A DNA stretch of 28,325 nt, from NCBI GenBank assembly GCA_039936275.1, contig JBDTIR010000783.1, positions 1 through 28,325 of the forward strand. Direction: 5' to 3'. Both the position numbers and the translations under genes were made by a program. How positions within the stretch are numbered: the first letter of the stretch is position 1; each line of letters starts with the position of its first letter. The notes beneath the pieces are model-generated. The model was not told the DNA's origin and searched no databases. It saw only the letters and a program-made list of their open reading frames with translations. This DNA comes from Isosphaeraceae bacterium (GTDB lineage Bacteria > Planctomycetota > Planctomycetia > Isosphaerales > Isosphaeraceae). Shown here piece by piece: positions 8,560-18,245 of this stretch.

Positions 8560-9831
8560 TCAAGAGTCCGCCGCTTGCGCTGTGGGAAGTCGAAGGATGA
8601 AACAGGCCCCGCCCTGGGGCCGGTTCAAGGCGCGGAGGCTACCGCCGTGGTCTCGTGCGATCCGTTGCGAGACGGCCAGGCCCAGCCCAAGCCCTGTCTC
8701 CTTGCTGGTGAAGAACGGCTCGTAGAGCCGGGCGAGGTGCCGGGGGGCGATCCCGGGCCCTGTGTCGAGTACCGCCAACTCGGCGAAGGTCTCTCCCTGG
8801 GGCCGGAGCTCGATCTCCAGAATACCGCCCCTGGGCATGACGTCGAGCGCGTTCAGGGCCAGGTTAACCAGCAATTGGCGGACTTGCTCGCCATCGGCCT
8901 CGACCACGACCGGGGCCAAGGGGGGAGCGAAGACTAGCCGGACCCGCTGTTTGCGAGCGCGTCCGCCGATCAGGGCAAGCGTTTGGTCCACCACCGTGGC
9001 CAGGTCAATCCGCCGACGCTCCGGCTTGGGCGGTTTGGCGAAGTCAATGAACACGTTCAACCGGCCCTCCATGCGGAGGATCTCCTGTGCGATGACGTGA
9101 AGATCCTCGACAGGCAGGCCGCGCGCCTCGGCTTCCTCGCGGTTGGTCTGGACCAGCATCTTGATCGCGGTCAAGGGGTTCCTGAGTTCGTGGGCCATGC
9201 CGGCGGCGATCTGGCCGACTTCGGCCAGTTCTTCGGCGCGCAAGACGGCCCGTTCCAGACCTCTGGCCACGCCATATCCCATCAACAGGCCGGCGAGCGA
9301 ACCGATCGACCCGACCCCCGCCAAGCCCCAGGCCATCCACGAAACGGTTCGATGGAGCGTTGCTTCGGAATGCTCGATCTGCTCGGCGTTGAACCGCTCA
9401 AGTTCTCGGCAAGCCGGGATCACTTCTCTGGTCAAGACCCGAAGGGCCTGATTGTCCGCGTCCCCAAGGTCCGAAGTCGGCGTCGAGCAGAGCCGGAGGT
9501 AGCGGTCAACGCGGCTCTCCAGCCAACCCACGAGCCGGCCTTCTTCGCGCTTGTCGGAACGCTGCTTGGCCTGGGACAGCAACGGCCTGATCCGTTCGCG
9601 CAAGGTCTCCGCCTCCGCCCGGCGGTCTCCAGGCAAGACCGCCAGTTCGTCCATCACTTTCAGGAGTTCCGCGGCGATTCGCCGGCTGTTGATGTTTTCA
9701 TCAAGAACCCGCACCGAGGCGGATTGTTGCTGATGCAAATAGACCGCCGCCGTGATGCACGAACCAAGAAAGAGCAAGCTCACGAACACGGTCGGACCCG
9801 CGATCCGAAACAACAGGCCGCGCGTCAGCAT
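8560..9831 (-). CDS. Membrane sensor histidine kinase (2 TM, HisKA + HATPase_c)
   Basis: H-box AHELRNPL, N-box QLLVNLALNA, G1 DTGPGI, F-box LYEPFFTSK, G2 GLGLGL; two hydrophobic helices flank a helical extracytoplasmic domain. Confidence 0.93.
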   Translation of the reverse strand: MLTRGLLFRIAGPTVFVSLLFLGSCITAAVYLHQQQSASVRVLDENINSRRIAAELLKVMDELAVLPGDRRAEAETLRERIRPLLSQAKQRSDKREEGRLVGWLESRVDRYLRLCSTPTSDLGDADNQALRVLTREVIPACRELERFNAEQIEHSEATLHRTVSWMAWGLAGVGSIGSLAGLLMGYGVARGLERAVLRAEELAEVGQIAAGMAHELRNPLTAIKMLVQTNREEAEARGLPVEDLHVIAQEILRMEGRLNVFIDFAKPPKPERRRIDLATVVDQTLALIGGRARKQRVRLVFAPPLAPVVVEADGEQVRQLLVNLALNALDVMPRGGILEIELRPQGETFAELAVLDTGPGIAPRHLARLYEPFFTSKETGLGLGLAVSQRIARDHGGSLRALNRPQGGACFILRLPTAQAADS

Positions 9832-9997
9832 AGGCCCGTCCCAACCAACCAATGAGAGCGTAAATATGTTGAACACGCTTGCCTGATAAAACAGATCGAC
9901 CGAAGGGATTGATCAAGATCCCGCCGAAGAAGACGGTTTCTTCAGCGTCAACCAACGGCCTCGTCCCGATGGGACTACCGCGCGCGAATGACCAAGG

Positions 9998-10303
9998 CTA
10001 CTCGGTCTCGAGGATCTCTCCGGTCAACGAGACGCGGGCCTCGCGAACCTTGCCGTTGGAGGTCTTGCCGCGAATTTCGTAAGACATGAGTTCGCCCTTG
10101 GGATCGAGGTTCTTCCAGGCTTCCTCGAACTTCACTTGCGGCAACTCTTTGCGGGCGGAGTCCATGATCTCGGCCGGCACCGCGTCAATCTTGATGGTCT
10201 GGCGACCGAACGGGCGGACCTCGTCGCGCTCCCCACAGCCGACGCCCAGCATGATCAAGAGGAGCCAAGGGGCGAGCCGCTGACGACGTGTCTCAGTAAT
10301 CAT
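9998..10303 (-). CDS. Small PepSY-like lipoprotein
   Basis: Basic N-terminus, hydrophobic stretch and lipobox-like LGVGC; PepSY-like tail [27 protein letters not shown]; start overlaps the DUF1559 3' end by 11 nt. Confidence 0.65.
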   Translation of the reverse strand: MITETRRQRLAPWLLLIMLGVGCGERDEVRPFGRQTIKIDAVPAEIMDSARKELPQVKFEEAWKNLDPKGELMSYEIRGKTSNGKVREARVSLTGEILETE

Positions 10304-11303
10304 CGGAAATCACCTCTCCCGACGCCCGAGTGCTCAGGGCCTTGTAGGTTGTGTAATTCATGCCGCCCCGGAGGAACTGAACGTGGCCGTCGCAGTAGAG
10401 AAAGTGGCTGCCCCGGCCGTGCTGGCTGAGGAACTGATTCACGTCGCAGTTGGGGTCTCCAGGCCCGTTGCCTTCACCGGTGTGGCCGAGGATCATTCCC
10501 GCCCCTTCCTCTTTCCGACAGGTACCGCCGTCAGGATCGTAGGGGCTGGGAGCGCAGGTCCAGAGTAATGAGCCGGGGACCGCGCCCACCCAGGTCGCGT
10601 GCCCCTGGCCGACGTTGTGGGTCGGGGTGCCGAGCACGACCGCTTCGGGGAAACCGGCCTTGAGGTTGACGCTGCGCTCGCCGACGGCCAGGGTCTGGCT
10701 GAGACCGTCGCGGATCTCTTGCGGGGTCACGAAGCTGTTGCGAAAAAAGACGCCGTCGCCGTCCACGCCGGGCTCGCCAATGCCGAAGACACCGACGTAG
10801 TTCGCCCCCGCGACGTCGCAGATCGGGATTTGTGAGAGGTAAAGGATATTGGCGTAGATCCAGGCCGCTCCGCTGGTGGTCGTCCAGGAGTGAGGCATTC
10901 TGTCCGATGGACAGAGATAGGTCGAGATCCTCCGGAGCCGGACGGTCGCGTTGACCGGGTCCTGGATGTTGAGGTCAAACTGGATCTCGTTGGCGACGGC
11001 CGACTGTTCAAGGTCCGCCAGGATCTTGGTGGCCCAGCCCCAGCCCGGCCCGGTCTCGATCTCAAGCCGCGGGTCCCACTTCGAGACATAACCGGGAGGA
11101 AGGCCCCCATGCCGATCGACGTAGCCGGCCAGGGCCAGACCGATCTGCTTCAAGTTATTACTGCATTGCAGGCGACGGGCGTTCTCGCGCGTGAGCTGGA
11201 TCGCCGGCAGCATGAGGCCGACCAGGACGCCAATGATGGCGATGACGACCAAGAGCTCAATCAGCGTGAAGCCCCGGCGCAGTGGGCGCGGCGTGGACAT
11301 CAA
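10293..11303 (-). CDS. DUF1559 prepilin-type N-terminal cleavage/methylation protein
   Basis: [19 protein letters not shown]...[19 protein letters not shown] and C-terminal H-X9-DG ([16 protein letters not shown]). Start is TTG 11303 or ATG 11300. Confidence 0.93.
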   Translation of the reverse strand: MMSTPRPLRRGFTLIELLVVIAIIGVLVGLMLPAIQLTRENARRLQCSNNLKQIGLALAGYVDRHGGLPPGYVSKWDPRLEIETGPGWGWATKILADLEQSAVANEIQFDLNIQDPVNATVRLRRISTYLCPSDRMPHSWTTTSGAAWIYANILYLSQIPICDVAGANYVGVFGIGEPGVDGDGVFFRNSFVTPQEIRDGLSQTLAVGERSVNLKAGFPEAVVLGTPTHNVGQGHATWVGAVPGSLLWTCAPSPYDPDGGTCRKEEGAGMILGHTGEGNGPGDPNCDVNQFLSQHGRGSHFLYCDGHVQFLRGGMNYTTYKALSTRASGEVISDDY

Positions 11304-11537
11304 GGGGAAGGTCTCCTCTTCTGCCCGTTGGACACCTGTGCGGAACCGTTCCCTTTAACATAACCCGTCCAATCGAGAAGGTCCAGAATTTTTATTGGAC
11401 GCATGAGGGCTTCAATGCTAGAAATATCCAGTGGCAATCCCGTTGAGGCGAGCCTGACGCCGTCATCCGGGGTGGCTTTTTGAACATGTTTGCGCCGGGC
11501 GATCGTCTGCTCCTCCTCCATCGAAAGGCAACCGCAC

Positions 11538-12575
11538 GTGAGCGACAGGACAACCCCTCGAGGCTTCACCCTGATTGAGCTCTTGGTCGTCATCGCCATT
11601 ATTGGCGTCTTGATCGCCCTGCTCTTGCCGGCTGTTCAAGCGGCGCGCGAAGCCGCACGCCGCGCCCAGTGTACCAACAATCTCAAACAAATGGGCCTCG
11701 GTCTGCACAACTATGAAAGCGTCGCCGGCGCATTCCCGCCGTCGAACGCCCTCTCGGGGACGGGCAATACCGTCGCCTGGACCAACGGGTTCAGCGTCCA
11801 CTGCCGCATTCTGCCGTTCATGGAACAAGGGGTCGCGTTCAATGCGCTCAACTTCAACTTCAATCACCTGAGCGCCACCAACGTCACCGTCGTCGGCATG
11901 GCGGTGAACAGCTTCGTCTGTCCGAGCGACGTCAACAAAGATAAACGCTCTCCATTCCCTCCGTTCACAGGCCTGACCGCCTCGGGAAGCGTCACCAGTT
12001 ATGGCTTCTCCGCGGGCGATTGGTTTGTCTGGAACGGCTTCAACCCGCCCGAAAATCGTGGGGCGTTCGGACCAAACCGCAGCCGCTCTCTGGCCGAATT
12101 CCAGGATGGAACCAGCCAGACCTTACTGGCCAGCGACGTCAAGGTTTACCAGCCCTACCGCCGTTGCAGTGCTCAACTGGCGAACATCAGCAACCCCAAC
12201 TCGGTCCCTTCGCCCATGGAGAATCCATTCACCGTCGCCCCGGAATACGGCAGTTCCAGTTGCAAGCTGGGCACGGATCACTCGCTCTGGGCCGACGGCA
12301 ACACGCACGAAACCGGCATGACTACCGCCTGGCCGCCTAATAAAGCCATCATCGGCCCCAACGGTGAGGGAGACCTCGACCTGGAGACGATCCTGGTTGC
12401 CTCGGGAGGGCCGAACTTTGCCGCCATTACGGCCAGAAGCTACCACTCCGGCGGCGTCAATACCCTGATGGCCGACGGCAGCGTCCGGTTCGTCAAGAGC
12501 ACCATCGCAGGCACAACCTGGCGAGCGCTCGGCACCGTGGCGGGGGGAGAGGTCGTCTCGTCCGACTCTTATTGA
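11538..12575 (+). CDS. DUF1559 prepilin-type N-terminal cleavage/methylation protein (divergent from the first)
   Basis: [52 protein letters not shown]9-DG (RSYHSGGVNTLMADGSV). GTG start at 11538 after GAAAGG. Confidence 0.95.
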   Translation: MSDRTTPRGFTLIELLVVIAIIGVLIALLLPAVQAAREAARRAQCTNNLKQMGLGLHNYESVAGAFPPSNALSGTGNTVAWTNGFSVHCRILPFMEQGVAFNALNFNFNHLSATNVTVVGMAVNSFVCPSDVNKDKRSPFPPFTGLTASGSVTSYGFSAGDWFVWNGFNPPENRGAFGPNRSRSLAEFQDGTSQTLLASDVKVYQPYRRCSAQLANISNPNSVPSPMENPFTVAPEYGSSSCKLGTDHSLWADGNTHETGMTTAWPPNKAIIGPNGEGDLDLETILVASGGPNFAAITARSYHSGGVNTLMADGSVRFVKSTIAGTTWRALGTVAGGEVVSSDSY

Positions 12576-12625
12576 ACAGGAAGGCCGGACCTGGTGCGCC
12601 GGAACTTCCGAAAAGGTGGGAGGGG

Positions 12626-12654
12626 CTGACATTCCCGCGCGGAGTGTGTATAAC
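12626..12654 (+). promoter_or_regulatory. Sigma70-type promoter of the oxidoreductase operon
   Basis: CTGACA (12626-31), 17-nt spacer, TATAAC (12649-54); 50 nt upstream of the first ATG. Confidence 0.6.
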
Positions 12655-12704
12655 CCTATCATTCAGGAGTGCGAGCCGCCGCGAGACCGGGAGACGATCC
12701 AAAA

Positions 12705-13815
12705 ATGCGATCCGAGCCGTCGCTCATGATGCCAGAACGGGATGCCGTCGTCTCGATCCTCTGGGGCCTTGCGGCGGCGGTCCTGCTGATGGTCGGAATT
12801 TATTTCGGCAGCCGCCGGTTCAAAGACTTCGATCCGGCCCTGGTCTCTTACGCGGGCGCGAGCGTGTTCGCGGTCTTCGGCCTTGGCTACCGCTACAGCA
12901 TGTGGCTGCGCCGGCCGCCCACGCAGCTTTACTGGTTCCGTGGCTGGCAGCTTTTCTGGTCGCCGAAGCGGCTCGCGGGCAACCTGGTTCACCTGGTCCG
13001 GCTCTTCTGGGACAATTTTGTCCGCCAGACCTTCATCGACCGTAGGTCGCACGCCCGTTGGGCTGCGCACTGGCTGATCGCCTGGGGATGCATCCTCGCG
13101 GCGGCGGTCACATTCCCCTTGTCGTTCGGTTGGGTCCGGTTCGAGACCCCCCGCGGCACCCAGGACGTCTACAACGCCTATGCGTTTGGCATTCACCTCT
13201 CGAGTTTTCGGCTCGATAGCTGGCTCGCCCCCCTTGACGTTCAACATCCTGGTCATCTCGTCGGCCATGGTGACTGCCGGGGTGGTTTTGGCGCTCTGGC
13301 GACGCGCCTTTGACGGCGGAGTGATCGCCGTGCAGCAGTTCGTCACGGATCTTTTACCCTTGATCCTGCTCTTCGCCGTGTCGGTAACAGGGGTCTTGCT
13401 CTCGGTCTCGTCCCGATGGTTGCACGGGTATCACTACGGATTTCTCTCGCAATTCCACGCCGTGACCGTGATCTTGACCCTGATTTACCTGCCGTTCGGG
13501 AAGTTCTTTCACATCTTTCAGCGACCGGCGCAGCTTGGCGTGGATTTCTACCGCCGCCAAGGCGTTGAGTCCGGCCAGGCGACCTGCGTCCGCTGCGGCC
13601 AAGGGTTCGGCTCCCGATTGCACGTCGCTGACCTCAAGGCCGTCGAGGCGAAATTGGGGATCGACTTCCGGCTTGGCGCCCAAGGTCATTACCAGGACGT
13701 CTGCCCCCCTTGTCGCCGCAAAAACCTTGGCCTGGTTCAAGATAGTCTCTGGCAACATGGGCCACGGCTCGACGCCAATGAGGAGGTCCATACCAGTGGC
13801 GCAGCAACCCGTTGA
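12705..13815 (+). pseudogene. NarI-like (cytochrome b type) polytopic membrane protein with C-terminal CxxC-x35-CxxC, split by one extra C in a C6 run (13228-13233); pseudogene or sequencing error
   Basis: Two overlapping hydrophobic ORFs (12669-13313, 13180-13815) join as ...WLAP/LTFNILV... if one C is removed, giving 369 aa. His residues in TM context ([23 protein letters not shown]) resemble NarI heme ligands. Confidence 0.75.
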
Positions 13816-16006
13816 CGCTGAGACGCTGATCGAACGGTTTGGACCTCATCCCAAGAACACGCCGCCGGGCGGCTGGTCGGCCGCTCTGGGATATGACCGC
13901 ATGGTGAAGACGCATTGCTGCTTTTGCGGCCAGCAGTGCGGCATCCAGCTCAAGGTGCGTGACAACAAGGTGGTCGGCTTCGAACCCTGGGAAGACTTTC
14001 CGTTTAATCGCGGCAAGCTCTGTCCCAAAGGGGTCAAACGGTACATGCAGGATGAGCATCCCGACCGCCTGACCAGCCCGCTTCAGCGCAAGGACGGCGT
14101 CGGCTTCGAGCCGATCTCCTGGGAAGCCGCACTGGACCGCACAGCTTCGGAAATCCGGAGGATTCAGGAGCGATACGGCCCCGACTCGTTCGCAATCCTC
14201 GGCGGCGCGTCCTTGACCAACGAGAAAGCGTACTTGATGGGCAAGTTCGCCAGGGTCGCCCTCCGCACGGCCAACATTGACTACAACGGCCGGCTGTGCA
14301 TGGTCTCGGCCGGCGCGGCCTGCAAGAAAGTCTTCGGCGTCGATCGCAACGCCAACCCTTGGAGCGATATCCCGCTTGCCGAGGCCATCCTCGTGGCCGG
14401 GGCCAACATCGCCGAGTGCGCCCCGATCACGACCGATTACCTCTGGCAGGCTCGCGAGCGTGGGGCCAAGATCATCGTCACCGACCCCCGAATGACCCCG
14501 ATCGCCAGAACGGTCGACCTGTTCATTCCGGTCAAGCCCGGCGGCGACATCGGCGTCTTCAACGGCATGCTCCATGTGATGATCGAGCGCGGCTGGATCA
14601 ACCGCGAGTTCCTCGCCAACCACACAACCGGCTGGGACGAGGTCGAGGAATCGGTACGAAAGTTCACACCCGAATACGCCTCGAAGATCGCCGGCGTGCC
14701 CGCCTCAATGATCGTCAAGGCCGCCGAAATCTGGGGGCCCGCCCGGACCAGCTTCCTGATGCACTCCCGAGGGATCGAACAGCACACCAAAGGGGTACAG
14801 AACGTCCTCGCCGCGCTCAATCTGGTGCTAGCCACCGGCCGGATCGGCCGTCCAGGCTGCGGCTACGCCATGATTACCGGCCAGGGGAACGGTCAAGGAG
14901 GGCGCGAGCAAGGCCAGAAGTGCGACCAGCTCCCCGGCTACCGAGACATCGAGAACCCCGAGCATCGCGCCTACATCGCCGAAGTCTGGGGCGTCCCCGA
15001 AGAGTCGATCCCCCACAAAGGGCTCTCCGCGGTGCCGATCCTCGAAGCCATCCATGAAGGCAAGATCAAGGGTCTGTTCTCGATCAGCTTCAACCCGATG
15101 GTCTCCTTGCCCGACCACCGTTACATCGCCGAGGCCCTCGGCAAGCTCGAATTCTTCGCCACGTGCGACTTCTTCCTGTCCGAGACCGCCTACCACGCCG
15201 ACGTCGTACTTCCCGGGTCATTGATCGAGGAGGACGACGGCACGACCACCAATACCGAAGGCCGGGTGATTCGCCATAAAAAGGTGGTTGATCCACCCCA
15301 AGGGGCTCGGGTGGACTGGCAAATCGTTTGCGAGATCGCGGCCCGCCTCGGCCACGCCGACAAGTTCCGCTACAATTCCCCTCGCGAGATTTTCGAAGAG
15401 CTGCGGGTCGCCTCCAAAGGGGGCGTATCTGACTATTCCGGCATCACCTGGGAGAAAATCGATGCGAACATGGGCGTCTTCTGGCCCTGCCCGAGCCTCG
15501 AACATCCCGGCACCCCCAGGCTCTACGAAGGGAATCGGTTCAACCACCCCGACGGCAAGGCGCACCTCCAGGTGGTTGACTGGCGGCCCTCGGCCGACGA
15601 GGTGGACGACGAGTACCCGATCATCCTGACCACCGGCAGGGTCGTGGCCCACTACCTCTCCGGCAACCAGACCAGGCGGATCGGCGGCCTCGTGGACCAG
15701 ACCCCCGAACCGTTCTGCGAAATCCACCCGAGGCTCGCCGAGCGGCTCGGCCTGGTGGAGGGCGACTTCGTAACGGTCGAGAGCCGCCGGGGTTCGATCA
15801 CGGTCCTCGCGAAAATCGTCAAGACGATTCGCCCGGACACCGTGTTCATCCCCTATCACTGGCCACTCAACCGCTCGGTGAACCACTGCACGCAACGGGC
15901 GATCGACCCGATCTCCAACATCCCTGAATTCAAGTATAGCGCCGTGCGCGTCACCAAGGCCGCGCCTTCCGATAATCCAATGGCCACAAGGGGGGCGTCG
16001 CGATGA
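13796..16006 (+). CDS. Mo-bisPGD oxidoreductase catalytic subunit, NasA/NapA nitrate-reductase-like
   Basis: N-terminal [4Fe-4S] motif [11 protein letters not shown]...GKLCPKG; Mo-ligand motif [10 protein letters not shown]; TNTEGR; [20 protein letters not shown] start at 13796 after AGGAGG; no signal peptide. The substrate is inferred. Confidence 0.88.
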   Translation: MAQQPVDAETLIERFGPHPKNTPPGGWSAALGYDRMVKTHCCFCGQQCGIQLKVRDNKVVGFEPWEDFPFNRGKLCPKGVKRYMQDEHPDRLTSPLQRKDGVGFEPISWEAALDRTASEIRRIQERYGPDSFAILGGASLTNEKAYLMGKFARVALRTANIDYNGRLCMVSAGAACKKVFGVDRNANPWSDIPLAEAILVAGANIAECAPITTDYLWQARERGAKIIVTDPRMTPIARTVDLFIPVKPGGDIGVFNGMLHVMIERGWINREFLANHTTGWDEVEESVRKFTPEYASKIAGVPASMIVKAAEIWGPARTSFLMHSRGIEQHTKGVQNVLAALNLVLATGRIGRPGCGYAMITGQGNGQGGREQGQKCDQLPGYRDIENPEHRAYIAEVWGVPEESIPHKGLSAVPILEAIHEGKIKGLFSISFNPMVSLPDHRYIAEALGKLEFFATCDFFLSETAYHADVVLPGSLIEEDDGTTTNTEGRVIRHKKVVDPPQGARVDWQIVCEIAARLGHADKFRYNSPREIFEELRVASKGGVSDYSGITWEKIDANMGVFWPCPSLEHPGTPRLYEGNRFNHPDGKAHLQVVDWRPSADEVDDEYPIILTTGRVVAHYLSGNQTRRIGGLVDQTPEPFCEIHPRLAERLGLVEGDFVTVESRRGSITVLAKIVKTIRPDTVFIPYHWPLNRSVNHCTQRAIDPISNIPEFKYSAVRVTKAAPSDNPMATRGASR

Positions 16007-16638
16007 GCGAGATGGTCTTCTACATGGACTACTCGCGGTGCATCGGCTGTCAGGCGTGCGTTCAGGCCTGCGCCGAATGCGACACGCACCGTGGACGGTC
16101 GATGATTCACCTTGAGACCATCCAGCGTCGTGAGAGCGTGCAGACCGCGCCCCAGGTCTGCATGCACTGCGAAGACCCGATCTGCGCCCGCGTTTGCCCG
16201 GCCGACGCGATCAAGCAGACCCCCGACGGCGTCACCCAAAGTTCGCTCACGCCGCGCTGCATCGGGTGCTCGAACTGCGTGCTGGCCTGCCCGTTCGGCG
16301 TGCCGAATTATTATGCCGAACTCGATCAGATGATGAAGTGCGACTATTGTTATGACCGGACGTCCGTCGGCAAGCGTCCGATGTGCGCGACGGTCTGCCC
16401 CTCAGGGGCCTTGGCGTTCATGACCCCCGAAGATTTCGCACAAACCCGGCGCGGGCACGCGATCAACGAGTGGACGTTCGGCAACGAGACGGTGCGAACC
16501 AAGGTCCGCGTGGTCGTCCCGCCTCAGGTCGAGCGAGTTCGGGTTGATCTTGTGCAGATCGGCGGGCTCGCGCCCCAAGCGGCTTCGACGGCGATCGTCG
16601 ATCCCGAAGACGTGGCCGCGATGCTTGAGGAGGTCTGA
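16003..16638 (+). CDS. Four-cluster 4Fe-4S dicluster electron-transfer subunit (DmsB/NrfC-like)
   Basis: [42 protein letters not shown]...CATVCP; ATGA overlap with the catalytic gene. Confidence 0.93.
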   Translation: MSEMVFYMDYSRCIGCQACVQACAECDTHRGRSMIHLETIQRRESVQTAPQVCMHCEDPICARVCPADAIKQTPDGVTQSSLTPRCIGCSNCVLACPFGVPNYYAELDQMMKCDYCYDRTSVGKRPMCATVCPSGALAFMTPEDFAQTRRGHAINEWTFGNETVRTKVRVVVPPQVERVRVDLVQIGGLAPQAASTAIVDPEDVAAMLEEV

Positions 16639-16643
16639 GCCAA

Positions 16644-17189
16644 ATGTCCATCGACGCCAAAAGCGAACCCGCCGCAGAACCCGTCGTCGGGCCAGAACCG
16701 GCCCGATGCCCGTTCCACCGCTGGGCTGAGGACTTCCCGATCGAGTGGGAGGCCGACCACTACGTCACCCGCCGCGAGTTGACGAAGTTCCTGACCCTGG
16801 GCTCGGGCCTACTCGTCGGAACGACCGCGGCGGTCGCCGTCGTCGGCCTGGTCGCCAAGCCCAGATCGTTTCCAGAGCGGAAGGTCGCTTCCGCGTCGGC
16901 CGTCGCCCCGGGGGGTTCATTGCTGTTCCGTTACCCGACCGACGAAGATCCGTGCATCCTGCTCAGAGATGCCGAAGGGGAGCTTCACGCATATTCCCAG
17001 GTCTGCACCCATCTCTCGTGCGCGGTGGTGCATCGACCCGATGATCAGGTCTTGTTCTGCCCATGCCATCATGGGTTCTTCTCGGATCGAGAGGGAACGG
17101 TGGTTGCCGGCCCTCCAACCCGTCGCTTGCCCAGGATCACGCTCGAGTTGCGAGGTGACGACGTTTTCGCCAAGGGTGTGGAGGTCTAA
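16644..17189 (+). CDS. Membrane-anchored Rieske [2Fe-2S] protein with a Tat-like twin-arginine motif
   Basis: CTHLSC and CPCH boxes; TRRELTKFL followed by a hydrophobic helix. Confidence 0.92.
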   Translation: MSIDAKSEPAAEPVVGPEPARCPFHRWAEDFPIEWEADHYVTRRELTKFLTLGSGLLVGTTAAVAVVGLVAKPRSFPERKVASASAVAPGGSLLFRYPTDEDPCILLRDAEGELHAYSQVCTHLSCAVVHRPDDQVLFCPCHHGFFSDREGTVVAGPPTRRLPRITLELRGDDVFAKGVEV

Positions 17190-17191
17190 CG

Positions 17192-17437
17192 ATGCGCGAT
17201 CGGCACCAAGGCACGATCCTGTTCACAGCCTTCCTCTGGCTCATCGGCATCTCGGTGGTGATCCAGTTGTGGCTGCTCGCCGCGGCGCTCGACGCGCTCT
17301 TGGCCGGTCATCGTGAGGTGCCGGTCTCAGCGGCGATCGCATCGCTGGTCTTGTTTCTCGTCAATGGCGGCTTGCTGATCTTTGTCCTGTCGTTTGACCG
17401 GCGGATTCGGCGCGCCGACGACGCCAAACGGAAGTAA
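17192..17437 (+). CDS. Small 2-TM membrane protein, DUF6755-like
   Basis: Two hydrophobic helices with VIQLWLLAAALDALLAG; 2-nt gap after the Rieske gene. Family assignment is from recall. Confidence 0.65.
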   Translation: MRDRHQGTILFTAFLWLIGISVVIQLWLLAAALDALLAGHREVPVSAAIASLVLFLVNGGLLIFVLSFDRRIRRADDAKRK

Positions 17438-17470
17438 TCCAGGCGTTTTGGCTCTCGGACCTCGACACTC

Positions 17471-18142
17471 TTGGACCTTCCCGCAGACGATTTCGAAATA
17501 AAAGCGAGGTTCCGGGTGCGGTCCGAATTCGTTCAACAAGGCAAGACGCGCTGGTTTCACCTCGCCGGGTTCGAACGTCGATTGGGCAAACGGCCAGCGC
17601 AGGCGTTCTTCGCCTTTGTCAACGGCCTGCTGTCGATCAGTCTGCTGGCCGCGCTCGCCATGTGGCGAGACCAGCCCTTGATCTTCCCATCGTTAGGGCC
17701 GACGGCGTTCTTGCTCTTCTATACCCCCTTGGCACCCGGGGCTTCGCCGCGTAACACCCTGTTTGGCCACCTGATCGCGGTCTTCTGCGGTTACGGCTCG
17801 CTGGTGCTCTTTGGTCTGACCGATGACGGCCCCGCCTTGATGACGGGCATCACCGAGGCGCGCGTGGGAGCGACCGCCCTCTCATTAGCGGCGACGGCGG
17901 GCTTGATGGTCTTGTTCTCGGTCGAGCACCCGCCAGCAGGGGCGACGACCTTGATCGTCTCGCTGGGCATCCTTCGCCACCCTCGCGAACTGGTCTCACT
18001 CATGGCGGCGGTCGTCTTGCTCTGCATCCAGGGGTGGGTCATTAACCGACTCGCCGGCATTCCGTACCCGCTCTGGCGCGCCAGGCCACCGAAGCAGGCC
18101 AATTCAGAGCCGGCTCAGCCGCCTGCCGGGTCCGTTCCTTGA
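17471..18142 (+). CDS. HPP-family membrane protein (putative nitrite transporter)
   Basis: IFPSLGPTAFLLF...ASPRNTLFGH and signature EHPPAGATTL; multiple TM helices; TTG start uncertain. Confidence 0.85.
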   Translation: MDLPADDFEIKARFRVRSEFVQQGKTRWFHLAGFERRLGKRPAQAFFAFVNGLLSISLLAALAMWRDQPLIFPSLGPTAFLLFYTPLAPGASPRNTLFGHLIAVFCGYGSLVLFGLTDDGPALMTGITEARVGATALSLAATAGLMVLFSVEHPPAGATTLIVSLGILRHPRELVSLMAAVVLLCIQGWVINRLAGIPYPLWRARPPKQANSEPAQPPAGSVP

Positions 18143-18170
18143 TCGACCTCTCAAAATCCACGAGTCCTCT

Positions 18171-18200
18171 CCACGATGGCCGCGTTCGCAACCGTCGTGG
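18171..18200 (+). terminator. Hairpin after the HPP gene, possible terminator (no U-tract)
   Basis: CCACGATGG (18171-79) pairs with CCGTCGTGG (18192-200), with one G-U pair. Confidence 0.3.
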
Positions 18201-18216
18201 GGTGGGTCGGCCAGGA

Positions 18217-18245
18217 CCTTTGAAAAAGGCGGCGCGTTTCAAAGG
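18217..18245. repeat. 9-11-9 inverted repeat CCTTTGAAA-N11-TTTCAAAGG, overlapping a 12-bp direct repeat AAAGGCGGCGCG (18225-36, 18241-52)
   Basis: Read directly from the sequence, just upstream of the putative Hsp70 operon promoter. Confidence 0.6.

Noticed and set aside
12705-13815. MFS or NarK transporter identity for the first membrane gene
   Set aside because: Too few TM helices for an MFS fold and no MFS motif; the His pattern and PFGK..H tail fit NarI-like proteins.
13796-16006. Formate dehydrogenase, arsenite oxidase AioA, or NarG identity for the Mo subunit
   Set aside because: The active-site motif is GRLCM (NasA/NapA type) rather than FDH-type RL(C/U)H. AioA has no amino-acid Mo ligand, and NarG is far longer with an Asp ligand.
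18217-18245. CIRCE/HrcA heat-shock operator upstream of Hsp70
   Set aside because: Arm sequence and spacer differ from TTAGCACTC-N9-GAGTGCTAA.
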